From an uncultured Gammaproteobacteria bacterium (GTDB taxonomy: Bacteria > Patescibacteriota > Patescibacteriia > 2-01-FULL-39-33): DNA of 64,000 bases. Shown one piece after another: positions 14,401 through 22,546 of this stretch. Numbering within the stretch: position 1 is the stretch's first letter; each line of letters opens with the position of its first letter. The stretch is taken from NCBI GenBank assembly GCA_964573235.1, contig CAZNIV010000002.1, positions 6,102 to 70,101 of the forward strand, written 5' to 3'. The position numbers and the translations under genes were made by a program. Below the pieces are notes generated by a model. That model ran no database searches, had not been told where the DNA came from, and was given only the letters and a program-made list of their open reading frames with translations.

Positions 14401-14661
14401 CCCCGTACCTAATAGAAAAAAATCAGGGGCAAGATTAGATGTAATTACCCCCTTAGCAGCAGCGCCACCGGTGAGACAAGTCGCATAGGCAGCCGCCGCT
14501 TTTGCCTGTTCTGCTGAAGCTTCGGCTAATGTTATGGTGGATTCAATAGTATCCGCCCCACCATCTGCTCTAACTAGAAGGGAAAAAGAAAAGTTTAAAC
14601 CTAACAATAAAATAAAAATTAAACTTGGCCACCCACGCAAAAACCATTTTTTATTAACCAT
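5461..14661 (-). CDS. Giant secreted/cell-surface protein (3066 aa), very cysteine-rich, Asn/Ser/Thr/Gly-rich, no recognisable catalytic motif
   Basis: N-terminal signal peptide (MVNKKWFLRGWPSLIFILLLGLNFSFSLLVRA), several hundred Cys spaced as in disulfide-rich extracellular modules, single uninterrupted 9.2-kb ORF. Confidence 0.7.
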   Translation of the reverse strand: MVNKKWFLRGWPSLIFILLLGLNFSFSLLVRADGGADTIESTITLAEASAEQAKAAAAYATCLTGGAAAKGVITSNLAPDFFLLGTGGLINLTKYNVVKDSVNLDVQAECLKANSMYSSGEVNEEQLNVWAKELQKKARDEAWKNAIASAFKSGLSMLTKTIAYESAKWVASGGKGQQAQYDTRDASKIMQDAVDNALGEMVDKFMSAAGFNICQPDFNIKLNLLPILGVKEPPKPRCSLSTAIKNWDTAINNANFSLGYYEYFQPNQNDIGSILTVQTSVADRQVAAEKKVFLTAITDGRWKSITDVAKNILTPGSFIKEQWGQSIDKAQTLPQYLGGTAADFVETFLNTLTSELVKTLISGFFSKNADYGRSYNYSANPLYNSQSAPAVSGQADAEVKFQNLKQGAFTVGGPYDLLNRLASCIDPARPSYDGCVIDQEFAQAIRDKKQLFDLPDSIKNRIFAPNVNQVTNPQTAFTLRNIIILRKYRIVPVGWEIAARYIVEQGGTGKSYTLGDLLNKFEDGSEFSGLIDQYWVLKAPELFCRREGFGPDMSNSQGGNVSRDNYCGDEQQCIKEDINGSCQAYGYCTNEKRVWKFDAPKCEPVYNTCQTYQIGSDVAVSYLKNTLDYQNCSADNVGCKWYSDYYNNIATTTGILSGVATWMNTDTNNILNKCNISGGCTASVQVNVDRWNASNFGASQGYSLNKICDQQGDCNIGTVECRIPYNGSACKVATSSKIAEWTSRGYEIYLNLGVTTSTSNTKFFDRDAQTCASNQAGCSQFIRVGDGHQSGLVTTTTDGYKLAITNQDYDPSTIVANDIAYLKKAPWYYNCYSASANGSWPATQGELDDVLIKRNSECSNYAGVCIPSEVGCKLYEPKNGDPEVPGVVKPIDSCPSECDGYQVYRQSQTAFSSPRYTQFIANNKAKYCSASYAGCDEFTNLDELVAGGESKEYYTNLRICQKNAPIGPSDAKTYYTWEGAETTGYQLVTFKLKQSNSTGVESGSPCTKMQYNGASDKDAQCGDASNITDELIQTAVDLAPITNHNLVSYLAYISSTTDATQIPTGAVSQSVADKLHEYGICLKLETHGYNANGVDIAPNADCREFYDSNGDVYYRLLSKVIYVTDDCHPYRRTLTQDPSLTTQCAELNNENVSVTQCDCVSNNGFWSDEKECVYMAVPKMGQSCSASFVGCREYTGNLSNDINFLVNDNFDNSYSNWSGSNSNLSIVSTAVGGFSWFTKATTSKQVYVKRNHTYTLSFWAKGYPGGDNDHASSAGFDLESIKFSSASEQSDYFAKSQLQNISLNVPKVHIGNEWQRYDLGPVFVTFADDGWQDLTINPGATNSIGNDLYIDNITLKEVKGNVYVIENSWFTPNSCDNKLDDPTGTACANGRCNPGEMLGCQAYNNKTDNVDPIYLRSFTSLCRAEAVGCEAMIDTHNSNATSSESFGGTVATADSVSVVKDNLAFIVNDKKFSCLAENKGCSAYGQPVINNRNEVMGYSTVYIKNDPQTYSRSLCRAENLWCGEYATNNTYNYFKDPRQQVCEFKSLTTSSTPAWYRMGEDGLCDTSPYQTIGLGVVSEKLQPDQNMKWAGVCPSSQSSCTEFIDPLTNNYASLLYNGDFSQNLGDINRPDGWEINSIGFNYKKEVTHSFVTGIVSQDVNLIDDRLYSLSMLADGQVAIDVKCSEGSMRSPDGSMVISSDGSSASLNYNLIASSSVSGRLYARDTKNCTLLVGASGSVTDVKLTESGVYYNLSDQMTDSRASCQGMVDYRKGCVLLNDRGAVNYADNPSTRDRSYLIYDADYIENKNVGTSQAIAVNKANDDSSGLKSNVSANAVIKVQPDRQCASWLYCNTFEKGNVNDPNPVLGSSDQCLGLALCSALDGMGNCSLFVNNQNKISVYDKGLDINKTGYSMLGKQIPNASGKSSSTVLGYYPYHLMSQVGEDANIANSDFEYIYNADQPKPIGWKPGVDTAWTIDKFSVATSKTDRKEGIGYLKVNADGTVRSNPISVDGDNAYSFSAWINTSYLYPSPQAKVLISVNGRVIDTVSAGLPWQRISKPLPPEVYQNGGALYVSVQNCFATVGSGQNTKCMTIQQASTTVTTGCLDSNLDGQCDVSGYSLFDLISLKPILEAGKDVNNSNIYISRSCRLYPEGDSQACNYVKNGDMYNGWQGFCMVSDPNNPQICLQWWPVDKIKGDGEPYYFSKSFPLYYCAALEGDMHLVEHREVVLFNYTSKTIKSAWNSAAWYKWLGPPGLIYAGVNTVFFWHPSYTFPKVTALTGNLLDAVLGSPINNFEIEDKNYNPSGTLRQQCRGSGCGECPFGYFYHHDDEIKKAGLFKNGSVKTWDYCKPVLADLVKRDSIYTDANTSGWYEYNGDLQQIKKNDNSYFDEKEKGVQVYLKDVDGGTIMDYNKAVSSNNVGYCKYVEQVVDDAGNSKAWYSRLSAGDNFWLTNPGGVLNVRLLRNDLVPITINSGKYPFGSLVTPQSDYDPYMWDGGKPYTMGMGKGVTFGCDGDNCKRFGLCSISHTNCLAYGVVNSIILSGVQLQLGNSTNTIPRSSIGLGDLGCPTGEECYPFAALSPDTCLDNGTTCKIVATTNSIGESRELLKSIFARSYGEWEYKKIDRENMCVKDEGSDKTATRDSCTWPIVTNKITKWTCVGGFNDGFSSSTAFASTTCLSVNSVSNSCENWKTTTGKGICADFTDFSSLFYGTSSECFGLSQAEANKDCYGAFIDIRDGICMEDPYNPVKNYVCVGGPNDGIGCTTTPSSVLNSLVSCDSNVKCDNGVCDGGKFDGRECLGSTDIEKNNFCLLEYAEVKTVDKNCRYKTDPSGTIFDSGLPCSDSNDCDSSIIISGHCSRTISTACDYKGNSCSNVAGSWYHYGESTDSLNKFVWDLPTLNCVGNVRANDSSYCYIDPVVTSTNITLDGSNKNWAYEKQAVKLGFTVSVDSNQLPIQNYNINWGDSNSSSVSNVSMKDNRANPDAPYLMYHAYDYWKIKAENSKEASTANNIICSGDGQDALAESICGNKTIKPISSNESWCCVKINISVTDNWERTAEQTKGVYVIKQ

Positions 14662-14669
14662 ATATATAA

Positions 14670-15590
14670 TTACTGTTGATAATTCGCTTTATTTTTTTCT
14701 AACTGCTGAGTAAAGATTGTTTTTATATCAGCGTCAGAAATTTGCGATAACATATTGGCGTCGGCGCCTTGACTCAACATTAACTGGCGAATTTGCGGGC
14801 CAGTTAATTTAGCTAAATCATCAATGGATTTAATAGCGCTTAAATCAACAGAACTACCATTAAAGCTGGTTGAACTTGAAACATTAACCGAACTAGTACT
14901 TGAGCTATTTTGCATCTGCTTATTTGCTTCGATCATATTTTGATAAGTGGTCATTAGGTCAGTATCAGAAATTTGCGCCAAAACCTCAACCGAAGCGCCA
15001 CCCTGTTGCAATAATTGCCTTAACATACTAGGAGTAGCTTGACCAGAAGTAATTTGTTCTGGACTAAAGCCTAAGCTATTTGTTGGAGCATCTTGCAATG
15101 TTGGCACCGAAACCGATTGGGCAACATCAGCCCCAGAAACTACCACGCCTTTGCAATTTTCACCCAAACAATTTGGATCAACACCCAAGGCAATAGATTT
15201 TTTATCATCAATACCATCACCATTACTATCTTTTAAGTAAGGGCTAGTTTTATAAACATTAATTTCATCATAATCATTTAAGCCATCCATGTCAGTATCT
15301 TTACCCTGTTGCTCAACATTAACCGCTAGTTGATTTTTCAACTGTTCACTAGTGATTTCTTTTTGCACCATAGGGGTAACTCGGGACCAAGTTGGCTTGC
15401 TAATATTGTAATATGAAGAAAAAAAGCCATAAAAAATTGCTACCACACCCACTAGCATCAAAGTAATTGTAGCTAATTTTTCACCCTTTGGTTTGTGCGC
15501 CAAAAAACCCCTTTTGACCCTTTGGTCAACCGAGTTTTGTTCATTAGAATCTTCGACAAACTTAGAATCTAAATTGTTCTCACCTTCCAT
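14670..15590 (-). CDS. Membrane-anchored protein with thrombospondin-type-3/dockerin-like calcium-binding motifs and two copies of a ~55-aa C-terminal repeat
   Basis: One TM helix (LATITLMLVGVVAIFYGFF); DTDMDGLNDYDE and DSNGDGIDD motifs; repeated LAQISDTDLMTTYQNMIE / LSQISDADIKTIFTQQLE modules. Sits 8 nt upstream of the giant gene. Confidence 0.55.
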   Translation of the reverse strand: MEGENNLDSKFVEDSNEQNSVDQRVKRGFLAHKPKGEKLATITLMLVGVVAIFYGFFSSYYNISKPTWSRVTPMVQKEITSEQLKNQLAVNVEQQGKDTDMDGLNDYDEINVYKTSPYLKDSNGDGIDDKKSIALGVDPNCLGENCKGVVVSGADVAQSVSVPTLQDAPTNSLGFSPEQITSGQATPSMLRQLLQQGGASVEVLAQISDTDLMTTYQNMIEANKQMQNSSSTSSVNVSSSTSFNGSSVDLSAIKSIDDLAKLTGPQIRQLMLSQGADANMLSQISDADIKTIFTQQLEKNKANYQQ

Positions 15591-15709
15591 AGGCTTTGAT
15601 AGACAATTTTGCTAATCAATTTATTACCTTAATTATATCACAAATAAAAAAAGATGGCTAGTATATTAAACCATAAATCGCCATCTCTTTTCTACTACTA
15701 AATTTTAAA

Positions 15710-16534
15710 TTAACTCTTAATTTTTTGCGCTAATTGAATCCAATTATCTAAAGACAAATCTTGAGCTCTAATTTTTTCATTTAAGCCTAGCCCCAATAGA
15801 AGAACCTTCACTTCTTCGTTGCTTATTTTTAATCCGCCCGACAAATTATTCTGCAACTGCTTACGCTTGGCCGCAAAACCAATATTCACTAGACGAAAAA
15901 AAGTTTTTAAATCTACTTTTGGCAAATCAGTTTTAATCTTAAAACTAACCACTGCCGAATCAACCTCAGGAGCTGGCCAAAACTTTTCTCGACCAACTTT
16001 AAATAAAATTTTTGGCTCACTATAAAATTGTGCCATTACCCCCAAACGACTCAGCTCTCCCGGTTTGGCCACAATACGCTCGGCTACTTCTTTTTGCACC
16101 ATTAAAATCATTTCACTTGGCTTAATAGCTACCACCTCTAAAAACATGCGTAAAAAAAACGAGGTAATATTATATGGCAAATTAGCCACTACCTTATATT
16201 TGCCGGTTTCTAGCTTTAAATCAGTTAATTTAACCCGCAAAATATCGCCATCGATAATTTCTAAGTTTTTAGCGCTAATAAACTCAACGCGCAAATATTC
16301 CAAAACTTTGCGATCTAATTCTACAGCAATTACTCGACCAGAAGCGTCAATTAATTTATTAGTTAAAACCCCCAAGCCCGGCCCAACCTCTAAAACGGTG
16401 CTATTTTTATCTAATTTTGACTCTTTTATAATATTATCAATTACTCCGTCATCCACTAAAAAATTCTGTCCGCGGTTTTTACTCGGATAAATACCATACT
16501 TTTGGCAAACTAATTTGATTTCTGTCGCTTTCAT
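15710..16534 (-). CDS. rsmA: 16S rRNA (adenine1518/1519-N6)-dimethyltransferase
   Basis: RGQNFL motif, SAM-binding VLEVGPGLGVLT, typical KsgA length. Confidence 0.9.
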   Translation of the reverse strand: MKATEIKLVCQKYGIYPSKNRGQNFLVDDGVIDNIIKESKLDKNSTVLEVGPGLGVLTNKLIDASGRVIAVELDRKVLEYLRVEFISAKNLEIIDGDILRVKLTDLKLETGKYKVVANLPYNITSFFLRMFLEVVAIKPSEMILMVQKEVAERIVAKPGELSRLGVMAQFYSEPKILFKVGREKFWPAPEVDSAVVSFKIKTDLPKVDLKTFFRLVNIGFAAKRKQLQNNLSGGLKISNEEVKVLLLGLGLNEKIRAQDLSLDNWIQLAQKIKS

Positions 16535-16537
16535 AAT

Positions 16538-17722
16538 TTAGAGTAATAAATATAAGGTAGTAAATAAGCCCGCTAAAATAAACACCGCATTCCAACCCGG
16601 TTCAATAAATTGAAATATCACTAACGATAAAATCAAGGCTAAAATCTTACCAAAAACCAAAGCCATTTCAAAAAACACCACCGCCCGCATCACATGATGG
16701 CCATCGTTCGCTTTTTGATAAGTAAAGGCTACAAATGGTATGGCGATTACCTGCTTAGCTACGCGAGACAGGGTATCGACGGCAAAAACAGGATAAATAG
16801 TGCGCGACAATAATCTAAAAAACCAAGCTAAGACATAAAAAAATACACCGTATCGCATCACGCTTTGTTTATCGCGACCATCAATAATCTTGCCCACATA
16901 TAAAGAAACGATCGTGGTAATTAATACCGCAACAGCCGCCAAGGTACCTAACTTTAAAAAATCAGCCACTACGATATAAATAAAAATTGGCCACACCACT
17001 AAAACAATCAACTCTTCACCAAAACCCAAGTGAGCAAAAAAACGACGACGATGTTTTTTATCAAACAAAGTAGAAAACGCCTCCCGATACGAAAACTCTG
17101 ACGGGGTGAATTGCTCTTTAGTGAGCAACATCGGCACATTAGATAATAAAATAATAATTGAAGCGATCAAAAATAATACATTAAAACCAAAATAGTTTAA
17201 GACTAAACCGCCAAATAACGGCCCGAGCACAAACACAATCGCATCTAACACGCTTAAGTTACTAATCTGCTTGCCCTGAGCGCCATCGGTGGCAAAATAA
17301 GCAAAATCCGCATGATAAGCAGGCCAAAAAAAAGATTTAGAGGCAATATAACACAAAACCGAAATACCCAAAAACCAGAAATTTTGTTGAGAGGCAAACA
17401 AAGTTAAATACAACAAAACCGTAAACACTGAACCCAAAGCAATAGAATGCTCAAAACCAAAGCGCTTGGCAAATTTTGCTCCCAACGGCACTACAAAAAA
17501 ATAAATGAGGTACACAGACAAATAATAGAGCAATACACCCTGCACCGCCTGTGCCACTGACCAAGATTTAGCAAATAACAAATAGATAAAAACCGGCTCA
17601 AACAGATTAACCGCCGATAAAGCAAAGTTTAAAATAAAAATTGAAGCATAAAGTTCTTTAATCTCGCGTTTGAGATTCAAGCAAAAAAAACTAGAACCTA
17701 ATTGTTTAATTTTATCTAGCAT
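16538..17722 (-). CDS. MFS-type transporter (about 12 TM helices)
   Basis: 394 aa, hydrophobic throughout with a basic central loop (KKHRRRFF). Confidence 0.6.
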   Translation of the reverse strand: MLDKIKQLGSSFFCLNLKREIKELYASIFILNFALSAVNLFEPVFIYLLFAKSWSVAQAVQGVLLYYLSVYLIYFFVVPLGAKFAKRFGFEHSIALGSVFTVLLYLTLFASQQNFWFLGISVLCYIASKSFFWPAYHADFAYFATDGAQGKQISNLSVLDAIVFVLGPLFGGLVLNYFGFNVLFLIASIIILLSNVPMLLTKEQFTPSEFSYREAFSTLFDKKHRRRFFAHLGFGEELIVLVVWPIFIYIVVADFLKLGTLAAVAVLITTIVSLYVGKIIDGRDKQSVMRYGVFFYVLAWFFRLLSRTIYPVFAVDTLSRVAKQVIAIPFVAFTYQKANDGHHVMRAVVFFEMALVFGKILALILSLVIFQFIEPGWNAVFILAGLFTTLYLLL

Positions 17723-18724
17723 TTATTTTTTTATCTTTTTAACTAACTGATATAAATTATACCAAAAAATTCCATAACCTGTCTCATACGCACCAACATA
17801 ATCAGTAAATTTGGCATTTTCCGCAAAGCCCTGTTTAAATCTAGTTACGCCCGGCCACTTAACTTCATCCACGCCCCAAAAATCATAATATTTTTTACCT
17901 TGGGCTTTAGCTTTTAAAATTGTTTGCCATTGCAACAAATAAGGCGCCATTTTTTGGCGATATTCATAATCAGAAGCCCCGTGTAAATACACACACCAAT
18001 CATTTAAATTAATCACCAAATTGGCCGTCACTACTTTATTATCAATTTTGGCCACTACTACTTCTAAAATATTTTTAACGGATAAAACAGCTACCATTTT
18101 TTGATAATATTCTCCGCCATGGGCCATAAATTCATCACGCTCAGCTGTTAATTTAATCAAGCGTAAAAAATCAGCCAAATATTCAGCGCCGGAATGAATA
18201 GTTACGCCACTCTTTTGCGCCACTTTAATATTGTAGCGGGTCTTAGCTTTCATTTGAGATAGAAGCGCCTCTTCGTTTAGCGTCAAATCCAAAATCAAAG
18301 TTTGTTTCGGTTGAATCATATTGATTTTTTTATAACCAAAATCAGTCAACTCTATGGCGTCTATAAACCAAGCCGGATCCAACCGCGTTAAGATAGCTTT
18401 TTCTTTTACTGCCAAAGATTTTAATTCCGCCAAAAAAAATTTTAGCACTTCCTTTTGTTTTTCTATTTCCAACCCCGCCAATAAGATTGGTCCGCGAGGA
18501 ATGTAAAAATAAGTTTTGCCAAAAACCAATGGATTAACTATTGCCTGAGCGACTAATACTATTTTATCTCCGTCCATCACGCCAATTCTAAAAACTTTTC
18601 GCCCTAAAGCGATTTGTAAATCTCCCCATGACGCATTTTGTAACAAACCAAAATCTCCAGCCTGAGTTTTTACAAACTCCTGCCACTGATTAAGCTCAGC
18701 ATCATTAAAATATTTAATCGTCAT
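17723..18724 (-). CDS. FemAB-family peptidoglycan interpeptide-bridge aminoacyltransferase-like protein
   Basis: YLHGASD...APYLLQWQTILKAKAQGKKYYDFWGV region matches the conserved FemAB/GNAT-like C-terminal motif. Confidence 0.6.
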   Translation of the reverse strand: MTIKYFNDAELNQWQEFVKTQAGDFGLLQNASWGDLQIALGRKVFRIGVMDGDKIVLVAQAIVNPLVFGKTYFYIPRGPILLAGLEIEKQKEVLKFFLAELKSLAVKEKAILTRLDPAWFIDAIELTDFGYKKINMIQPKQTLILDLTLNEEALLSQMKAKTRYNIKVAQKSGVTIHSGAEYLADFLRLIKLTAERDEFMAHGGEYYQKMVAVLSVKNILEVVVAKIDNKVVTANLVINLNDWCVYLHGASDYEYRQKMAPYLLQWQTILKAKAQGKKYYDFWGVDEVKWPGVTRFKQGFAENAKFTDYVGAYETGYGIFWYNLYQLVKKIKK

Positions 18725-21700
18725 TAAATTACAAAACTAATCAAACGCCCCGGTACAAAAATAATTTTCTTAATTTCCGCTCCAGCTAAATACTGTTTAA
18801 TCCGCTCATCTTTTTTAGCTGCTACCACCGCCTCTGCTTCAGAGATTTCTACCGGCAATTCTAACTTAGCACGCACCTTACCATTAACTTGAATGGCAAA
18901 TTGAGCCGTTTTCTTGCTTACCTTATTAACATCATAAACTGGCCACTTTTCTTGATTAATACTGGCCTTGTAGCCTAAATTCTGCCACAACTCTTCGGAT
19001 AAATGAGGCGCAAATGGCGACAACATCACCGCCTCTGCTTCAGAGATTTCTACCGGCAATTCTAACTTAGCACGCACCTTACCATTAACTTGAATGGCAA
19101 ATTGAGCCGTTTTCTTGCTTACCTTATTAACATCATAAACTGGCCACTTTTCTTGATTAATACTGGCCTTGTAGCCTAAATTCTGCCACAACTCTTCGGA
19201 TAAATGAGGCGCAAATGGCGACAACATCACCAAAAATTGTTCCGACATGTCTTTGGTAAACGCTTTTACCTCTTGAATGCGATTAACTAAAATCATCATC
19301 GTAGAAATAGCGGTATTAAAACCCATTGTTTCAACATCACTACCCACTTTCATCACGGTTTGATTAAACAAGATTTCTGTTTCTTCATCAACTTGTTCCA
19401 CGATTTTTATTTCACCACTAGTATACACCGCCCAAACTTTTTCTAAAAATCTCTTTAAACCTACCATGCCTTTAGTGCTCCAAGGCTTAGCATCTTCTAA
19501 TGGACCCATGAACATTTCATACAATCTAAAAACATCCGCGCCATATTCACGCAAAATATCATCAGGATTAACCACATTGCCACGCGACTTACTCATCTTC
19601 TCGCCATCTTCACCTAAAATCAAACCTTGATTAACTAATTTTACAAACGGTTCTTCTTGAGGTACATAACCTAAGTCAAATAACACCATGTTCCAGAATC
19701 TGGCATACAATAAATGTAACACCGCATGCTCGGCACCGCCCAAATAAACATCTACCGGCAACCAATATTTTAATTTTTCCGCCGAAGCAAATTCATTCGG
19801 ATTTTTAGAATCAATATAGCGCAACCAATACCAAGAAGATCCGGCCCATTGAGGCATAGTATTGGTTTCGCGCTGGGCCTTGCCACCACAAACTGGGCAT
19901 TTTACTTCTACCCATTCTTTAATGTTCACCAATGGTGATTCACCGGTACCTGATGGTTCATATTTTTCTACCATCGGCAAAGTTAATGGCAATTCGGATT
20001 CTGGTACTGGCACAATACCGGTATTTTTGCTACGCAAAACTAGCTCCAATAATTCTGGGGTAACTGGATTATTAAAATGACCAAAACCATGCCAAACTTT
20101 AAACATCCAACCAGCTGGAATATTCTCATGCGTCTTACGACTAATCCACGGATCATCGTCAGACAAAATAATATTTTTATCCTCCACTAAATTGCTCACT
20201 TTTTCCCAACTAAAATCTGTTTCCCAAATTTTCTTCAATGATTCAACGTCGGAATTTGGCCATTGCTCTTTAAGCCACTGCCAATCGCGCTCGTTACGCT
20301 CACCAATTGCCGAGGCAATCAAATAAACATGGCCGATTTTTTTATTCGCCTGCTCAATTAAATGTAACGCCGCCTTACTACCCAGACTGTGGCCAATAAC
20401 CACATCATTAGCGCCCATTTTTTGCATATAAGGCTCAAGCGCCTTTAACCAATCAGCTAAAACCGGGTGCTCGCTATTTGGCATATCAGGCGCAAATACC
20501 TCATAGCCATTCTTTTCTAATTCCTGCTTTAAATATGGAAACCAGTTATTACTACCATTGCCCTCAAAACCATGAATCAACAACGCTTTTTGTTTTTGTT
20601 TTTTGCAATAATCACAATGAATTAACGGCATCGGTTCACCCCAATAACGCTGGCGAGAAAATACCCAGTCACGCAATTTATAGTTAACTGCCATCTTGCC
20701 TAAGTTATTAGCTTCTAGCCAGGTAATCATTTTTTTGATGGCATCTTTAGGCAATAACCCATTTAAAAAATCAGAATTAACCATTTTACCAGAGTCAATA
20801 TCCGTAAAGGCTTCGTTGGTAATATCGCCACCGCTAATTACCTCAATAATTGGCAAATCAAATTTCTTCGCAAAAGCATAATCGCGTTCATCATGCGCCG
20901 GCACTGCCATAATCGCGCCCGTACCGTAAGTACTCAAAACATAATCCGAAATCCAAATAGGAATCTCGGTATCATTGACCGGATTAATCGCTTTTATACC
21001 CTCAAGTTCTACGCCAGTCTTATCTTTATTTAATTCTGTACGCTCTAAATCAGATTTATTTTTAGCTTCCGTCGCATACCTAGTTACTTCGGCAAAATTA
21101 GTAATTTTATCTTTTAATTTTTGCACTAATTCATGCTCTGGTGATAACACCATATAAGTCGCACCAAACAAAGTATCTGGGCGAGTGGTATAAACCACGA
21201 TATCAGCCAACTCATCACCATCTTGCGCTACTTTAAAAGTCACTTCGGCGCCTTCACTGCGACCAATCCAATTACGTTGCAAGGTTTTGATTGATTCCGG
21301 CCAATTCATTTGCTCTAAACCACTCAATAAGCGATCGGCATAAGCAGTAATGCGTAACATCCATTGGCGCAAGTTCTTTCTTTCTACGACCGTGCCACAA
21401 CGCTCACATTTGCCATTAACCACCTCTTCGTTGGCCAAGCCAGTTTTACAAGATGGGCAGAAATTAATTGGCACAAAAGCTTCATATGCCAAACCTTTTT
21501 TAAATAACTGTAAAAAAATCCATTGCGTCCATTTATAATATTCCGGATCGGTCGTATCTACTTCACGCTCCCAATCATAAGAAAAACCCAAACTCTTAAT
21601 TTGCTTTCTGAAAGTATTAACATTGCTTTGAGTAGTCACACTCGGATGTGTACCAGTTTTAATCGCATAATTTTCTGCTGGTAAACCAAAAGCGTCCCAA

Positions 21701-21936
21701 CCCATCGGATGTAAAACATTAAACCCCTTTAATCTCCAATAACGAGAAAAAATATCGGTCGCTGTATAACCTTCTGGATGACCAACATGCAAACCCATAC
21801 CTGATGGATAAGGAAACATATCCAAAATATATTTCTTGGGTTTGGTGGAAAAATCTTCAGCTTTAAAAGTTTTATTATCTTCCCAGAACTTCTGCCATTT
21901 TGGCTCAATTTCACTAGGGTTATACTTAGCGTTCAT
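18724..21936 (-). CDS. leuS: Leucine--tRNA ligase carrying a ~195-aa YdeN/RBBP9-like serine-hydrolase insertion and a duplicated 67-aa C-terminal segment
   Basis: HVGHPEGY (HIGH) motif, CP1 editing domain, KMSKS, C-terminal domain. Insert runs from about 20020 to 20604; tandem duplication at 18826..19227. Confidence 0.9.
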   Translation of the reverse strand: MNAKYNPSEIEPKWQKFWEDNKTFKAEDFSTKPKKYILDMFPYPSGMGLHVGHPEGYTATDIFSRYWRLKGFNVLHPMGWDAFGLPAENYAIKTGTHPSVTTQSNVNTFRKQIKSLGFSYDWEREVDTTDPEYYKWTQWIFLQLFKKGLAYEAFVPINFCPSCKTGLANEEVVNGKCERCGTVVERKNLRQWMLRITAYADRLLSGLEQMNWPESIKTLQRNWIGRSEGAEVTFKVAQDGDELADIVVYTTRPDTLFGATYMVLSPEHELVQKLKDKITNFAEVTRYATEAKNKSDLERTELNKDKTGVELEGIKAINPVNDTEIPIWISDYVLSTYGTGAIMAVPAHDERDYAFAKKFDLPIIEVISGGDITNEAFTDIDSGKMVNSDFLNGLLPKDAIKKMITWLEANNLGKMAVNYKLRDWVFSRQRYWGEPMPLIHCDYCKKQKQKALLIHGFEGNGSNNWFPYLKQELEKNGYEVFAPDMPNSEHPVLADWLKALEPYMQKMGANDVVIGHSLGSKAALHLIEQANKKIGHVYLIASAIGERNERDWQWLKEQWPNSDVESLKKIWETDFSWEKVSNLVEDKNIILSDDDPWISRKTHENIPAGWMFKVWHGFGHFNNPVTPELLELVLRSKNTGIVPVPESELPLTLPMVEKYEPSGTGESPLVNIKEWVEVKCPVCGGKAQRETNTMPQWAGSSWYWLRYIDSKNPNEFASAEKLKYWLPVDVYLGGAEHAVLHLLYARFWNMVLFDLGYVPQEEPFVKLVNQGLILGEDGEKMSKSRGNVVNPDDILREYGADVFRLYEMFMGPLEDAKPWSTKGMVGLKRFLEKVWAVYTSGEIKIVEQVDEETEILFNQTVMKVGSDVETMGFNTAISTMMILVNRIQEVKAFTKDMSEQFLVMLSPFAPHLSEELWQNLGYKASINQEKWPVYDVNKVSKKTAQFAIQVNGKVRAKLELPVEISEAEAVMLSPFAPHLSEELWQNLGYKASINQEKWPVYDVNKVSKKTAQFAIQVNGKVRAKLELPVEISEAEAVVAAKKDERIKQYLAGAEIKKIIFVPGRLISFVI
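18826..19227. repeat. Perfect tandem duplication, 2 x 201 bp, in frame inside the leuS 3' region
   Basis: Unit 18826-19026 is identical to 19027-19227 in the displayed sequence; the protein shows [67 protein letters not shown] twice. Confidence 0.85.
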
Positions 21937-22022
21937 AAACGGGCGATAAATATGATTTAAACAAGGTTAATTTAACATAAAATTGGGTTTTTTTCAATTA
22001 AAACGAAACGAAAGCGCTAGTA

Positions 22023-22051
22023 TTGACAATTTAGCCAAATTAAACTAAGAT
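22023..22051 (+). promoter_or_regulatory. Sigma70-type promoter for island A gene 1 (TTGACA-17-TAAGAT)
   Basis: -35 at 22023-22028, 17-nt spacer, -10 at 22046-22051. Confidence 0.5.
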
Positions 22052-22110
22052 ATTCCTCACGTACATTACAGCGAATTAACGCCAACCAACCGGAAAGGAT
22101 ACATGAGTGT

Positions 22111-22491
22111 ATGTGTAAAAACGCACTTTTGTTTCTCTTTTCCCTGATTCTGATTTTTTCGTGGTTTTCTGCGGTAATTGCGACAAAAGTGATTCCGAGC
22201 CAATCCGGCACTGTCACTTTCGTTCAATCCAGCGACCACGAGCTGAAATTTACCCCGTATTTTCCCAAATCGGAGCGTGACCCTCAACCGTCACTCGCCG
22301 TTTTGCCAGAAGAACCGGTAAAAATCAACAAAATCAGACACCTTCCACCAAGCAAAATCGCGTACAAAGCGAAAACTTGGGCGGATGAAAACAGGGAAAT
22401 TCCAGGGTTTTTGACTCTGCCGGGCCCGGCACGCAACAAAGATCCGTGTTGCCAAGAGGCACGGAAACTTGTAGTCTCGACACGGACCTAG
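22111..22491 (+). CDS. Island A gene 1: secreted 126-aa protein of unknown function (GC-rich, foreign codon usage)
   Basis: Signal-peptide-like N-terminus MCKNALLFLFSLILIFSWFSAVIA; GGAAAGGA SD at 22092-22099; CTG/CCG/GCG-rich codons unlike flanking host genes; terminator follows. Confidence 0.5.
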   Translation: MCKNALLFLFSLILIFSWFSAVIATKVIPSQSGTVTFVQSSDHELKFTPYFPKSERDPQPSLAVLPEEPVKINKIRHLPPSKIAYKAKTWADENREIPGFLTLPGPARNKDPCCQEARKLVVSTRT

Positions 22492-22520
22492 CAGAGAAAA
22501 ACAAGAGTCTGTGCCTCTCC

Positions 22521-22546
22521 AGCGCCATAACATGGCGCTTTTTTAT
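22521..22546 (+). terminator. Intrinsic terminator after island A gene 1
   Basis: 8-bp stem agcgccat/atggcgct with 3-nt loop, followed by TTTTTTATTT. Confidence 0.6.

Noticed and set aside
5461-14661. Numerous short plus-strand ORFs inside the giant gene and other host genes (for example 6560-6826, 7864-8220, 12772-13038)
   Set aside because: Low-complexity AT-rich shadow frames fully embedded in a long, continuous, protein-like minus-strand ORF.
20020-20604. LeuS insertion as an intein
   Set aside because: No Cys/Ser at the insertion N-terminus, no C-terminal His-Asn plus Cys/Ser/Thr junction and no homing-endonuclease motifs. The sequence matches an alpha/beta serine hydrolase instead.
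22060-22546. Island A transcript as tmRNA, RNase P RNA or SRP RNA
   Set aside because: No tRNA-like T-arm or CCA end, no P4-helix GGAAAGTCCGGGCTCC-type motif, no SRP domain IV motif. A 126-aa ORF with signal peptide fills the transcript, so it was called a CDS with moderate confidence.
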